NCBI GenBank assembly: GCA_965224485.1
Contig: CBDCZH010000019.1
Location: 32,001-96,000 of the forward strand
Source: Arcobacteraceae bacterium
GTDB taxonomy: Bacteria; Campylobacterota; Campylobacteria; Campylobacterales; Arcobacteraceae
DNA: 64,000 nucleotides
Reading direction: 5' to 3'
Made by a program: the position numbers and the translations under genes. The stretch's first letter is position 1, and every line of letters starts with the position of its first letter. The notes beneath the pieces were generated by a model. It ran no database searches and was not told the DNA's origin. It worked only from the letters and a program-made list of their open reading frames with translations. Positions 21,962-33,400 of the stretch are shown piece after piece.

Positions 21962-23423
21962 AACTTATAATCTCTTTTTCTAACATAATATCTTTTAATT
22001 TATTTAAAGTATTTATATGTAAAGATAAATCTTTTTTAAGTTCTTCTTTTATTGTATTTAATACTTCATCAATGTTATTTGCCATTTTATACTCATTTAC
22101 CAAGGTTGCACAAAGTTCATAAGCAATTTTTAAATCATTACTATTAACTGCATATTTCTCTTTTTTTATAAGTTCAACCCCAATAGAACCAGCTAAATAA
22201 GATTTAATTTCTTCGTATAATTCACTTTTTGAAGGATAAACATTTTCACTCTTGGTAAAACCTTCTTGTAAAAGAGATATTTCTTCTTTTCGTACAAAAG
22301 CTTTAGCTGCTTGATAAATTGCTAAAATTTCTCTTTGTTTGTCATTTAATATTTTATTCTCTTTTTTTCCAAATTCTAACTTATTTTTAGCACTTAAAAT
22401 ATCTTGCTCACTAATAATAACTTCATCTCTTTTAATCATATTTAGTTTTGCTTCATTTATAAGAGTTGCAATAGCAGCAGAGCTAAAACCAGCAAGATTT
22501 AAAGTGAGTTTTTCTAAATCAAAAGAGTATTTACTTGATTTTAAATATAACTCTAAAATCTTTTTTCTATCTTCTATATTTGGTAAGCTCAAATGAACTC
22601 TTCTATCAAACCTTCCAGCTCGTAAAAGTGCATCATCTAATACTTCTACTTTATTAGAAGCAGCAATTACAATAACACCACTATCACCTTCAAAACCATC
22701 CATTTGTGTTAGAAGCTCATTTAAAGTAGCTTCTCTTTCATCATTAGAAGTTCCAGTTCTTTGTTTTCCTATTGCATCAATTTCATCTATAAATATAATA
22801 GCAGGAGCATTTGCTTTTGCTTTTAAAAATAATTCTCTTACTCTTTTAGCACCCATACCTACATAAATTTGCACAAAAGAAGCTCCACTTTGATAAAAAA
22901 ATGGAACATTAGCTTCACCAGCAACTGCACGTGCAATTAGGGTTTTACCAACTCCTGGAGGTCCTACTAATAAAACACCTTTTGGAAGTTTCACATCATA
23001 TTTAAAATATTTTTTGGGATTGTTTAAAAAATCAACTATCTCTTCTAGTTCTTCTTTTACACTTTTTATTCCAGCAACATCGCTAAAAGTAATATCTGAT
23101 TTAATTACATCAATACTTGAATCAAACTCTTCTTTTTTTTCTTTAACATTTACATTTGTTTGTTTTTGGTTTAATAAAGTATCAAACTTATTATTTTCAG
23201 CTCTTTTTTTTAAAATATAAGCTTGTATTTGTTTTTTATAAAATCTTGCTATTAATGAAATAACAAGAAGAAAAACTAAAAAAACAATACCTACAATATA
23301 TGAGCTACTTTGTATATATGAAGAACTTTTATAAATAGTATAAAAGAACAGTATAATTAAAGCAATAGAAGAAATTCCCATTAACTTTAAGTTTTTGTCT
23401 AAATTACTTGAATTTCGCGACAT
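21948..23423 (-). CDS. Membrane-bound FtsH-like AAA ATPase lacking the zinc-protease motif
   Basis: Two TM helices, [38 protein letters not shown] where FtsH has AYHEAGH. Confidence 0.85.
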   Translation of the reverse strand: MSRNSSNLDKNLKLMGISSIALIILFFYTIYKSSSYIQSSSYIVGIVFLVFLLVISLIARFYKKQIQAYILKKRAENNKFDTLLNQKQTNVNVKEKKEEFDSSIDVIKSDITFSDVAGIKSVKEELEEIVDFLNNPKKYFKYDVKLPKGVLLVGPPGVGKTLIARAVAGEANVPFFYQSGASFVQIYVGMGAKRVRELFLKAKANAPAIIFIDEIDAIGKQRTGTSNDEREATLNELLTQMDGFEGDSGVIVIAASNKVEVLDDALLRAGRFDRRVHLSLPNIEDRKKILELYLKSSKYSFDLEKLTLNLAGFSSAAIATLINEAKLNMIKRDEVIISEQDILSAKNKLEFGKKENKILNDKQREILAIYQAAKAFVRKEEISLLQEGFTKSENVYPSKSELYEEIKSYLAGSIGVELIKKEKYAVNSNDLKIAYELCATLVNEYKMANNIDEVLNTIKEELKKDLSLHINTLNKLKDIMLEKEIISFDEL

Positions 23424-24672
23424 TTGTATTTGCCTTTACCTTATAATCATTTATAAATATCCAATCCCCTACTAAGTCAACTTCACTTTGTACTTCTATT
23501 TTATTAAAATATTGGTCAAGTCCTATATATGAACCATTTTTATACTCTTGTATTAAAATTTCTAGTGGTTTTGTATTATTTAATCTAAATGAAAAGTTTT
23601 TATTTTCTATTATTTTTATTAACTCATTATATCTTATTTTAGCAACATCACCTCTTACTTGGGCTTTCATCTGTGCACTTGGAGTTCCATCTCTTTTTGA
23701 GTAAGTAAAAGCATGAATATGCGTTAAAGGAAACTTTTGTAAGTTTATCATAGCTTCATTCCATAACTTATCAGTTTCACCTGGATGACCAACTATAAAA
23801 TCAGTTCCTAAAGCATAAGAGTTTGAGCTTAAAAACTCAAAAAGTTCTAAATCTTTTAACACTTTATTTCTTCTATTCATAATACTTAACATTTCAATAC
23901 TAGTATGTTGAAGTGCTATATGCATATGTTTTGACATAAAAGGTTCGTTAATTATTTCTTTAAATTCATCATCAATTTGAATAGGTTCAACACTACCAAG
24001 TCTTATACGTCGCACACCTTTTATAAGTGAGATTTTTTTAAGAAGTTTAGCTAAAGAAGTGTGTTGTTTTTTACCATAAGAACCTACATTTGTTCCTGTT
24101 AAAATAAACTCACCAAAACCATTATTAGCTAATGTTCTGATTTGTTCTAATATTTTATCTTCCTTGTAAGATCTTGCATCCCCTCTTACATAAGGAATAA
24201 TACAGTAAGAACATCTGAAATCACAACCTTCTTGAACTTTTATAAAAGCTCTACTTTTTCCAATAAATTCTTCAACTATAGTACTATCTAAATGTTTTAA
24301 ATCACCAGCATCAAAAAATCTTTCTTCTTTTAATAAAAGCTCATTAATTTCTTCTTTTTTAGAATGACCAAATAAAGAATCAACTTTTTTCTCTTTAAAT
24401 AAACTCTCACCCTTAGTCCAAACCCCGCAACCTGTAAAAACAACACGTGGTTTATTTGGCAACCTATTTAAAGAGTTAATATATCCTCTAGCAGTTGAAT
24501 CAGCTGAATTTGTAACAGTACAGGAGTTAATTACAACAATACTAGCTTCTTTTTCATCCAAAGTCACTTCAAAATCTTTTAAATTACTCATCATAACTTG
24601 CGTATCAAAAACATTAGTACGACAACCAAAAGTTTTAAAAAAAACTTTTGGTTTAGAAATAGAAAAACTCAT
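23404..24672 (-). CDS. mtaB: tRNA t6A37 methylthiotransferase
   Basis: TFGCRTN, INSCTVT, GCDFRCSYC radical-SAM motif. Confidence 0.9.
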   Translation of the reverse strand: MSFSISKPKVFFKTFGCRTNVFDTQVMMSNLKDFEVTLDEKEASIVVINSCTVTNSADSTARGYINSLNRLPNKPRVVFTGCGVWTKGESLFKEKKVDSLFGHSKKEEINELLLKEERFFDAGDLKHLDSTIVEEFIGKSRAFIKVQEGCDFRCSYCIIPYVRGDARSYKEDKILEQIRTLANNGFGEFILTGTNVGSYGKKQHTSLAKLLKKISLIKGVRRIRLGSVEPIQIDDEFKEIINEPFMSKHMHIALQHTSIEMLSIMNRRNKVLKDLELFEFLSSNSYALGTDFIVGHPGETDKLWNEAMINLQKFPLTHIHAFTYSKRDGTPSAQMKAQVRGDVAKIRYNELIKIIENKNFSFRLNNTKPLEILIQEYKNGSYIGLDQYFNKIEVQSEVDLVGDWIFINDYKVKANTNVAKFK

Positions 24673-26345
24673 TAAACTAGACCCCCACTAAGATCAGGTA
24701 GATCACTTGGTTTTTCTCTTTTTTCATTTGCTCTATTATCATTTATATTAATACTTTGAGTAGGATAAGCAATATGAATATCATCTTCTTTCATAAATGC
24801 AGTTAATATTTCAGGACTCATAGTACTTCTTAAAACTAAAGCAGAATAAGAGTTAGTTAAATACCAAGCGGAAATAACTATTCCATAAGGTTCAACAAAG
24901 GTATAAACTCTGGGTTCAACACCTGTTGCTCTTAAAGAGTATTTACTTCTTAGTTTTGATAACTGAGCTCTTGTAATATCAGCATAACCTTTTGAATAAT
25001 GTTTTAAAATCTCTTTTGCTATGTGTTGTGCTTTTTTATAATTTGAATCGTAAGTAATAGTAATATCAATACCATCCCAAACTGTTCTTAAACCAGCATG
25101 AGTATAGTTAGCAATCATTTCAGAAAATACATAATTATTTGGAATAAAAAATATTCTTCCTGTTCTTCTATTTGTAGTATATGCAGTTAACGTAATATCT
25201 TCACGTATAGTCATTTTAAATAAAGAAATATCTAAAACATCACCAACAGCTTCAACCCCACCTCTAGTTACTTTAATTCTATCTCCAACAGTTATAGAAC
25301 CAGACGTCACAATTACCATCCAACCAAAAATAGACATGAACCAATCTTTTAAAGCAATAGCAATACCAGCAGAGGCAAATCCTAAAATAGTAATTAAATA
25401 TGAAACATTATCAATATAAGAAAACATTACAATCATAATAATAATAAAACCTAAAAGAAAATTAATTACTTTATTCGTCATATAATAATTTTCATTTTGT
25501 GAAAAGTATTTTTTAAGAGCTAATTTAATTAAAAAAGATATTACAAAAATTGAAAAGATAATAGTTAAAATGAAAAATGTTTTTTCAATTTGAATAGAAA
25601 TAGCTTCTTTTGCTTCAAGTATAACTTGCTCTAGTTTTCTATTATATACTTCTTGCGTAGTTGAAACAATATCTAAAACAATTGTGAAATCTTTTTTCTG
25701 CTTATCTAAAATATTTACTTGTTTTTCATATTCATCTTTAAAATCTAAATTATAAAGATCTAAATAAGCATATAATTTTTTCTCAAGTAAATCAGTTAAA
25801 AGTTCAATATCATCTTTTATTGAATCAAACTCTTTTTCATGATTTTGCATTTTTTTGATAAAAGAAAGTGTATTTATAATTCCAAAAGGATTAGTTATAG
25901 TTTCTTCTTTTTCTATTTCAGGAGGATTAATTAAACTTCCAATTGGAGAGTCTTTATATTCTGCAATTAATTCTAACTCATTTTGTTTTATTCTTCGTTT
26001 ATTATTTAGTTGATAAGTAAGCTCAATAGCATGCTCACCACTTTTTTTAGTGATTTTTTTTAAATCATTTTCAACATTTCTTAAATCTTTAAAAATTTTT
26101 CTATATGCTAAATGATTCGCATATCTTTTTAATAAAATATTATCTTGTAATATTAAATCAATCTCTTTTATTTTTTCTTTTAAGTTATATATCTTTGTTA
26201 AATCTTCTTTAGATTTTTTTAAAACAATAGTAATATTTTCTGTTTTATTTTCTATAATAAGTTTGTTTTTATCAATATCTTTGTCACTTGCAGAAATATT
26301 TAAAACAATAAAAAAGCTAAAAAATATAGCAGTTATTTTTCTCAA
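24672..26345 (-). CDS. MscS-family mechanosensitive channel with a large N-terminal periplasmic region
   Basis: GFASAGIAIALKD, VGDRI, GRIFFIPN, IAYPTQ. Confidence 0.88.
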   Translation of the reverse strand: MRKITAIFFSFFIVLNISASDKDIDKNKLIIENKTENITIVLKKSKEDLTKIYNLKEKIKEIDLILQDNILLKRYANHLAYRKIFKDLRNVENDLKKITKKSGEHAIELTYQLNNKRRIKQNELELIAEYKDSPIGSLINPPEIEKEETITNPFGIINTLSFIKKMQNHEKEFDSIKDDIELLTDLLEKKLYAYLDLYNLDFKDEYEKQVNILDKQKKDFTIVLDIVSTTQEVYNRKLEQVILEAKEAISIQIEKTFFILTIIFSIFVISFLIKLALKKYFSQNENYYMTNKVINFLLGFIIIMIVMFSYIDNVSYLITILGFASAGIAIALKDWFMSIFGWMVIVTSGSITVGDRIKVTRGGVEAVGDVLDISLFKMTIREDITLTAYTTNRRTGRIFFIPNNYVFSEMIANYTHAGLRTVWDGIDITITYDSNYKKAQHIAKEILKHYSKGYADITRAQLSKLRSKYSLRATGVEPRVYTFVEPYGIVISAWYLTNSYSALVLRSTMSPEILTAFMKEDDIHIAYPTQSININDNRANEKREKPSDLPDLSGGLV

Positions 26346-27379
26346 GCAAAATCCTTTAATACAGACATAACATCTTCTTTTTTAACTTCATTTGTAATAA
26401 TGAAATCACCTAAACCACGAGCAAGTATAAATTTTATTTTATTATCTAAACTTTTTTTATCTAAAAAGAAATGCTCATAAAATTCTTCTACATCTTTTAT
26501 TTTATACGAAGTAGGTATATTATATTTTAAAAGTAAATTTTTCACTCTGTTAACTTCATCTTGACTCATTAAATCTAGTCTCAAAGAAAGTTCATTTGCA
26601 ATTATTATTCCAATACCAACAGCTTCACCGTGTAAGTAAGTATTATAATTTGTTTCATTCTCAATTACATGAGCAAAGGTATGACCATAATTTAAAGCAG
26701 CTCTTATACCTTTTTCTTTTTCATCTTGATTTACAACAGAACTTTTAGTTAGAACTGATTTTAAAATGGCTGTTTTAATATTTTCTTCATTATCTAAAGG
26801 GTTTTCTTCTAACCAAGTAAAAAAACCTTTATTAAAAGTAACTGCCATTTTTATAATTTCAGAAATTCCAGCGCTTAGTTCTCTTTTTGGAAGGGTACTT
26901 AGAAAATAAGGATCAATATGTACACAAAGGGGCTGATGAAAAGCACCTAGAAGGTTTTTCCCATATTTATTATTAACTCCTGTTTTTCCACCAACACTTG
27001 CATCAACTTGAGCTAATAAAGTAGTAGGAATTTGAATAAAATCTATACCTCTTTGATAAATCGATGCTGCAAAACCAGTCATATCACCAATAACACCACC
27101 ACCAAAAGCGATTAGAATTGAGCTTCTGTTTAGTTTATGCTCAAAACAATGATTTAAAATAAGCTCTAAGGTTTGCATATTTTTATATTTTTCACCATCA
27201 GGAACGGTACAAATTGAATAGTCAGGTATTTTTAATCTTTGTTTTAAGTACTCTAAGTGTAAAGAACTCACAGTTGGGTTTGTTACTATTACAACTTTTT
27301 TATTTATAATAATACTTTTAAGTTTATCAATAGTAACATCATATGAAATATCATTTTCTAGTTTTACATTTACAATCAT
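26342..27379 (-). CDS. aroB: 3-dehydroquinate synthase
   Basis: GGGVIGD, PTTLLAQVDASVGGKTG, LNYGHTFAH, LHGEAV. Confidence 0.95.
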   Translation of the reverse strand: MIVNVKLENDISYDVTIDKLKSIIINKKVVIVTNPTVSSLHLEYLKQRLKIPDYSICTVPDGEKYKNMQTLELILNHCFEHKLNRSSILIAFGGGVIGDMTGFAASIYQRGIDFIQIPTTLLAQVDASVGGKTGVNNKYGKNLLGAFHQPLCVHIDPYFLSTLPKRELSAGISEIIKMAVTFNKGFFTWLEENPLDNEENIKTAILKSVLTKSSVVNQDEKEKGIRAALNYGHTFAHVIENETNYNTYLHGEAVGIGIIIANELSLRLDLMSQDEVNRVKNLLLKYNIPTSYKIKDVEEFYEHFFLDKKSLDNKIKFILARGLGDFIITNEVKKEDVMSVLKDFA

Positions 27380-27515
27380 TTTATATTATCCAAGCTTTAT
27401 AAAGTATAAGGATTATAGCTAAAAAGATTTAAAAAAAACTGATTAAATTCTTATTTAATCAAGATGTAAAACTAGGTATTTTAAAAGAATAATATCTTTA
27501 CTTTTTTCTTTTATA

Positions 27516-30026
27516 TCAACGTAAGGTAAATCGTTTTTTTCGTAATATCTCTTTATCAACTTCTAAAACTAATTCTGTTCTTTGACTTCTAGTTAATATA
27601 TTATAATCATAGGGTATTTTTGAAGAATATACTTCTACAAAATCTAGATTTTTTTCTAAAAAAGTATAAAGTTCATTTTTTTTATTTTTTTCATATGATT
27701 CAAGTAAAAACTCATTGGCTTCTTTAAACTTTTTAGTAAAAATTAATTTGTTTTCTTTATTATCATATTTTACAGACTTATTAAAATCAAGAAACATTTT
27801 AGTATAAAAATTAAATATATTTATTATAGGATTATAAAAATTACTATTATTTATTAAATCAATAACTCTTTTGACTTTTGCTTGAATTTCTCCTGGACGA
27901 AAAGAATAAAAGTGAAGTAAGGATTCAAAATTACGTTCTTCTTGTGTTTTTTTAGAATCATTACTTGAAGTATTATTATTATCTTTTATATTTCCTTTGT
28001 ATAAAATATCTTTTATCTCTTGGGCATCATCACGTGAAATCAACCCCTTAGAACTAAAAGCATCTTCTTCCATCATTTGTTTAATTAAGGGTAAATATTT
28101 TTTATTTTTAACAAAATAAGAAGAAAATAGTTGAAAGGTAGTTATATTTAAACTATTTTTTACAGTATTAATTAAATATACATAAGAAGCAATCAATTTA
28201 GTTAATTCATCAAAAGTCTCTTGTTCTCTACTAGAGGGTATGAAATCAATTATTCCTTGAAGTAAAGAGTTCATAAGATTTGATATAAGATTTATACTAT
28301 CTTTATTTGAATGAAAAAAAGAATCATTGTTAAACCTATATAATATTGAAAAATTTTGCACTTCTTCTAAAATAGTTTCTTCTGTATCTTTATCTTTAGG
28401 CTGAAAAAACATACTTAAGTCATAAGAAGAAGAAAGAACAGTACATCCTCCAAGATTTTTATCTTTAAAATCTAGACTTAACTTTGTTTTATTCGCATAT
28501 TCATCATATGATTTTAATAATTTTTTTATTTTTTTATTAAAATTTGGAAGTTCTTTTATTTTGGAATCATATTTTACTTTATTATCTTCTTCTTTTATAA
28601 TATTGTCATAAGTAATAATAAAGTTTTGCCACTCATTAAACATAGAAATTAATAAAGGGTGTTTTTCTCCTAAAGAAAAAGAGTCTTCTTTAATATTTTT
28701 ATTTAATAAAACATTTTTAATTTCTTTGGCTTCCTTAAGTGTAATAATTCCATCTTCACTAAAAGAGTTTGAATATAATAATTTTTTTATTAATACTGTA
28801 CGTTTTTCATCTTTTTCAAAATAAAATTTTATAATATCAAGAGTATTTATATTTAATGAATTTATTAGTGTATTAAAAATATGAATATAAGAAATAATTA
28901 GTTCATATAAATCATCTAAATATTTTATTTGTGTTTCTTTAGATAAAATTTTTATTTTATCTTGAAGTAATGAATTAAGAAGATTAGAAATAAAATTTCT
29001 AATTTTTATATTTTTACTTGTAAAATCATAAGGTTTTATTTCATATTCAATAGAAAATCTTATAATTTCTTCAATCATACTTTTTTTATGAGAATTCTTT
29101 AAAAGTCTTACCTTAGGAAAAGGTACTATTTTAGAAGGGTATTGTCTTAAGTCTTTAGCACAAATAGTTCCAAAACAACTAGGATTAAAATATAAACGAG
29201 CATATATATTATTTACAAATTTTTCATATTCTTCAAGCTGGTAAAATATTTCAACACTTTTAGTTAAGTTATCAAAAAAATACTTTAACTCTTTATGTTT
29301 AGAATCTATTGCAAAATCAAGTATTTTAAACATAAGTCTAGCATCTTTATATTTAGAAAAACTAATAAAATATCTATGTAGTTCATCCATGGCACAATTA
29401 AAAGCAAAAGTTTCTTTTTTATCATATATACCTGACAAAGTAGAGCACCTAAGTACCCTTGTTTCATATAAAGTATCACAAAAAACTCTTATATTAAAAG
29501 AATCAGTAGCAATTTTATTATAATCAACATTATCAGAAAATTTCTTAGAAAACTTGTCATTCTTTATTTTAAAATTATACTCATCAAGAACATCAAAAAG
29601 TAGTTTTTCATCTTTACTATTATTCATATATTGTGATAAATAAGAAAAAAGTTCATTTCTCATTTTTTTGCTTCGTTCTAAAGTAGTATCACTATAGGCA
29701 TAAAAGAATTCTTCATTACAACGAGCCTGTACTTGAGTCATTAACTTCATTAAATTAGAATAAATCTCTTTTTTATTATCTAAACTATGAGTTCTACTAA
29801 CAATAGCTTTTGATACTTGTCTAGTTTTTAAAAGTTTTATAAAATCATAGTATTTAAAATATTCTGCTTGAGCTTGTAATTCTTTTACTAAATACCCTTC
29901 AAGGTTTTCAAAACGTACTTTACCATGAATAGAAATTATATCTTTTTTAATTAAATCAAAAGATACATTATTATCAATTTTTTCTTGATACTCTTTAAAT
30001 AATATACTTCGTTCTGGTTTATTCAT
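27516..30026 (-). CDS. Hypothetical 836-aa protein with an internal duplication of about 130 aa
   Basis: Long open frame with an AAGGT RBS and TATAAT (30057-30062) upstream; no family motif recognised. Confidence 0.8.
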   Translation of the reverse strand: MNKPERSILFKEYQEKIDNNVSFDLIKKDIISIHGKVRFENLEGYLVKELQAQAEYFKYYDFIKLLKTRQVSKAIVSRTHSLDNKKEIYSNLMKLMTQVQARCNEEFFYAYSDTTLERSKKMRNELFSYLSQYMNNSKDEKLLFDVLDEYNFKIKNDKFSKKFSDNVDYNKIATDSFNIRVFCDTLYETRVLRCSTLSGIYDKKETFAFNCAMDELHRYFISFSKYKDARLMFKILDFAIDSKHKELKYFFDNLTKSVEIFYQLEEYEKFVNNIYARLYFNPSCFGTICAKDLRQYPSKIVPFPKVRLLKNSHKKSMIEEIIRFSIEYEIKPYDFTSKNIKIRNFISNLLNSLLQDKIKILSKETQIKYLDDLYELIISYIHIFNTLINSLNINTLDIIKFYFEKDEKRTVLIKKLLYSNSFSEDGIITLKEAKEIKNVLLNKNIKEDSFSLGEKHPLLISMFNEWQNFIITYDNIIKEEDNKVKYDSKIKELPNFNKKIKKLLKSYDEYANKTKLSLDFKDKNLGGCTVLSSSYDLSMFFQPKDKDTEETILEEVQNFSILYRFNNDSFFHSNKDSINLISNLMNSLLQGIIDFIPSSREQETFDELTKLIASYVYLINTVKNSLNITTFQLFSSYFVKNKKYLPLIKQMMEEDAFSSKGLISRDDAQEIKDILYKGNIKDNNNTSSNDSKKTQEERNFESLLHFYSFRPGEIQAKVKRVIDLINNSNFYNPIINIFNFYTKMFLDFNKSVKYDNKENKLIFTKKFKEANEFLLESYEKNKKNELYTFLEKNLDFVEVYSSKIPYDYNILTRSQRTELVLEVDKEILRKKRFTLR

Positions 30027-30149
30027 ATTAGTTTTACCTTTATTTCATCACTTTGTATTATATTTTTGACATAATTAACTTAAGGCAAAAAAAATTAAAA
30101 AATATTAATATGAAAAATGATATTTATTTTATAGTTATAAATTAAGAAG

Positions 30150-30225
30150 TGGCGACCCCAGCAAGATTTGAACTTGCGTGTTCTGGAGGAAATCCAGACG
30201 TCCTTGGCCACTAGACGACGGGGTC
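30150..30225 (-). tRNA. tRNA-Glu(UUC)-like gene with an atypical anticodon loop and encoded CCA
   Basis: Minus strand reads GACCCCG TC GTCT AGTGGCCAA GGAC G TCTGG ATTTCCT CCAGA ACAC GCAAG TTCAAAT CTTGC TGGGGTC G CCA: 76 nt, all four stems pair, anticodon TTC at 30189-30191. Confidence 0.9.
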
Positions 30226-30243
30226 ATTTTTAAAATGAATGGA

Positions 30244-30277
30244 ATTATATTTTACTTTCATTTGATTTTTGCTTAAA
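30244..30277 (-). promoter_or_regulatory. Probable sigma70 promoter of the tRNA gene
   Basis: TATAAT (30244-30249) 18 nt upstream of the tRNA 5' end, with TTTAAG (30272-30277) further upstream. Confidence 0.55.
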
Positions 30278-30349
30278 GATCTATTTTTAAACAAAAGATT
30301 CTTATATTCGTTAATATTATTTTTACTAGCAGGTATAGAATATATATAT

Positions 30350-30381
30350 AAAGTGAGCTAAAAACTTATGTTTTAACTCAC
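30350..30381 (-). terminator. Probable terminator of the giant adhesin gene
   Basis: Minus strand GTGAGTTAAAA-7 nt-TTTTAGCTCAC-TTT with one G-U pair, about 20 nt after the stop codon. Confidence 0.65.
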
Positions 30382-30402
30382 CTTAAGAAGTTATTTATTT
30401 AC

Positions 30403-33400
30403 TTATATATCTGTTACTGTAATATCTTCATCTATATAAAGAGTAATATCATCATTAGTCCATACATTAAATACTTCGCCATCATCAGTTATTTTAGCAT
30501 CAGATTTAATCCAATTATCATCAGAAGTATTATCATCACTTAAACCTATTTCATCACCTTTATCACCAATGATTTTTAATATATTTTCATCATCAGTCAT
30601 TTTAAGTACATCTTGTGCTTGAACATTTGTTAAACTATCAGCTTGATTATTACTTAAATCAAGAGCTTCAATATTTCTTACATTTTGTGCTAAAGAGGCA
30701 AAATCTAAGATCATATCATCTTCAATAATTAAAGTATCTTTTCCTTCCCCTGCATCAATACTTTCACTAACACCAAATACAACTTCATCATCTCCTGCAC
30801 CATATTTAGTTAGAGTATTAGTATCATTATTCTGCTCTTCAGTAGCTGTTACACTTCCTTGGATTGAATTTCTTTCATCTGTGCTTAACTCTCTTGTACT
30901 ATCCATATGAACAGAAGCTACACCTTGTTCATTTGTAGGAACTGTATAAGAACCATCATCATTTGCTTCAATACCTCTAATACTTACACCAGAGGGAAGT
31001 TTAACACTAAGAGATGATAAAGTCTCACTACCATCAGTATCACTTAAATCTGCATATAGAGTTAAACTATACGTATATGATGATATAGATTCTTCTAAAG
31101 TAATGGTTTTATCATCAAATTTAAGATTTTCAATATTTTTAACAAGTACATTAAAAAGTGAAGTTTCATTATTCCAATAATCAATTGAAACAATTTTATA
31201 CGTTCCATCTAAATTATCAGTAATTTTATAATCAGAACTATTACCTTTTAATATTAAAGTATCATTTCCATCTTCACCATCAATAAAACCACTTTTTGAA
31301 GAATAATATGAATAATCTTTATTTTCTATAATATCATTACCTTCACCTAAAGTATATGATATATTATTTCCACCTAACATTTGAACATAATCATTTCCAG
31401 AACCTGTATCAATACTTGAATTATTATGATCTACATAACTATTATCTTCAATTCTATCATCACCCAAACCAGTATTAATTACAAGTTGGTTTCCATATGA
31501 TTGTACTTTTATTAAATCATCACCTTCTTGGCTATCAATTCTTATATTATTCCCTTGAGCCATTTTAATATAATCATTTCCTTCTCCAGAAATAACTGAT
31601 TTATTATTACCGTCTTTTAAAATTATTTTATCATCTTCACTTGTTCCTGCAAGAACTTCATTATGTTCCCAATAAGAACCTTTTATTGTATTGTCTTTCC
31701 CATAATCATTTCCATGATCAATATGAGTAGAATCTTGATTTTTAAGACCAGAAGAAACAATTATTTCAAGTTTAGGTGCTGAGGCACTAGCTTCTATTAT
31801 ATTTAAACTAACACTTGATACATCAGATTCAAGACCAGTATTATCAAGTGCACTATAAGTAAAACTAGCATTGTTTGAACTTGTATTATTTGAGAAGTAA
31901 GTAAACTCACTATTTTCACTTACAATATCACCAAGTTCAAGAACTCTTTTTCCTATTCTTATCTCACCATCACTAGGTAATGAAGTAATCTTAATGCTAA
32001 GAGTTCCACCATTAACATCACTTATTGAACTTTCTAAATTAAAATTATAAGAGTTTGTTAATGACTGTTCAAGTTCAAAACTTGCATTTTGGGTTTCAGG
32101 AGCGTAATCTAATCTTGTAACATATTGCCAATTACTTCCAGAGAATTTAATTAATTCAACATTTTTAAGAATAGTTAAATCACCCAATGAATCATTATTA
32201 TCATCAATATTTCTACTTGAATCAACAATTTCTCTTAAAGTAACATCACCATCTTCATTTTTTGAAATAATATAATCTTCTATTCTTCCACCCATTTCAA
32301 TTTTATCATGTCGTCCATCACCCATATCAATAACAGTAAAATCATTATCATCATTTCCACTTACTGTACGTAAAGAAGAGTTTTTATCATGAATTACATA
32401 ATCATTTCCATCACCAGTCATAACATAATCATCATAATCTTCTGTTATTACTCTTTGACCCGTTCCATGCCAGTAATGAGTTGTATCAGTAGCATCTGTA
32501 AGGTTTCCTGCTGTATCCATCTCTTTTACGAAAAAGAATTCATTGTCATTTAATTTTGTAGCTTTTAAATCACTAATATCAATATTCCATGTTCCATCAT
32601 CTTTTACAAAAGTACTAGCAACTTGATTTTTATTTTCATCATATAAATATATTGTATTTCCAACTTCAGCGCCAGTTCCACTCATTGTAACACTTGAATA
32701 ATCACCATTAGTATCAACAATATTAGTAATACTTAATTTATTTATTTCACTTGCACTGTAATCAATTAAAACTTCTTGTGTAGAAGTAACACTTGTACCA
32801 CTACTGTCAGTTGAAGTTATAAGTAAACTATGATTTCCTTCTTCTAAAGCAGATGTAGTAATAGAATAATTACCAAATAAATCAGCTTCATCTCTTCCTA
32901 CTTCTATTCCATTTAATGTTATTACAACCATAGCTCCTGATTCTGTATTCCCAGTAATTGTTGGTGTATCATCAGATGTTATATCATCTTTATTTGATAC
33001 TCCCGTATCACTTGCATCAACAAGATCAGAATCAACACTCATTTTATTAGCAATTTTAAAATTAACATTAAAAACAACATCACCAAAATCAGCATCACCT
33101 AAATTTGGTAAATCTTCAACTCTAATAGTAGTTCCACCCTTACCATCATCTTCTAAGATAAAATGATCTTTTCCATCAGAGTTAAATGTTGGATTATCCC
33201 AATAAACAGGTTTAGAGCTAGAAGTTCCATTAATTAATAAAACAGGTGTATCTAAACTTGTATCAAAAGTAATTTTAGATTCATCATTAACTAAATGTGC
33301 ACCATTTACAATAATAAAGAAACCATATTCTTTATTTGGATTCATATCAGCTAAATGCTCACCTGCGTCAAGATTGTGTTGATTATCAACAATAACAATA

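Noticed and set aside
27380..30150. Integrative element at the tRNA 3' end
   Set aside because: No integrase, and I found no duplicated tRNA 3' end (att site) near aroB; only a single orphan gene is present.
30150..30225. Reading the tRNA as another isotype (UCC Gly or UUU Lys) or as a suppressor by shifting the loop register
   Set aside because: The 5-bp stem with a 7-nt loop centres UUC after U33, and the D-arm and short variable loop are Glu-like.
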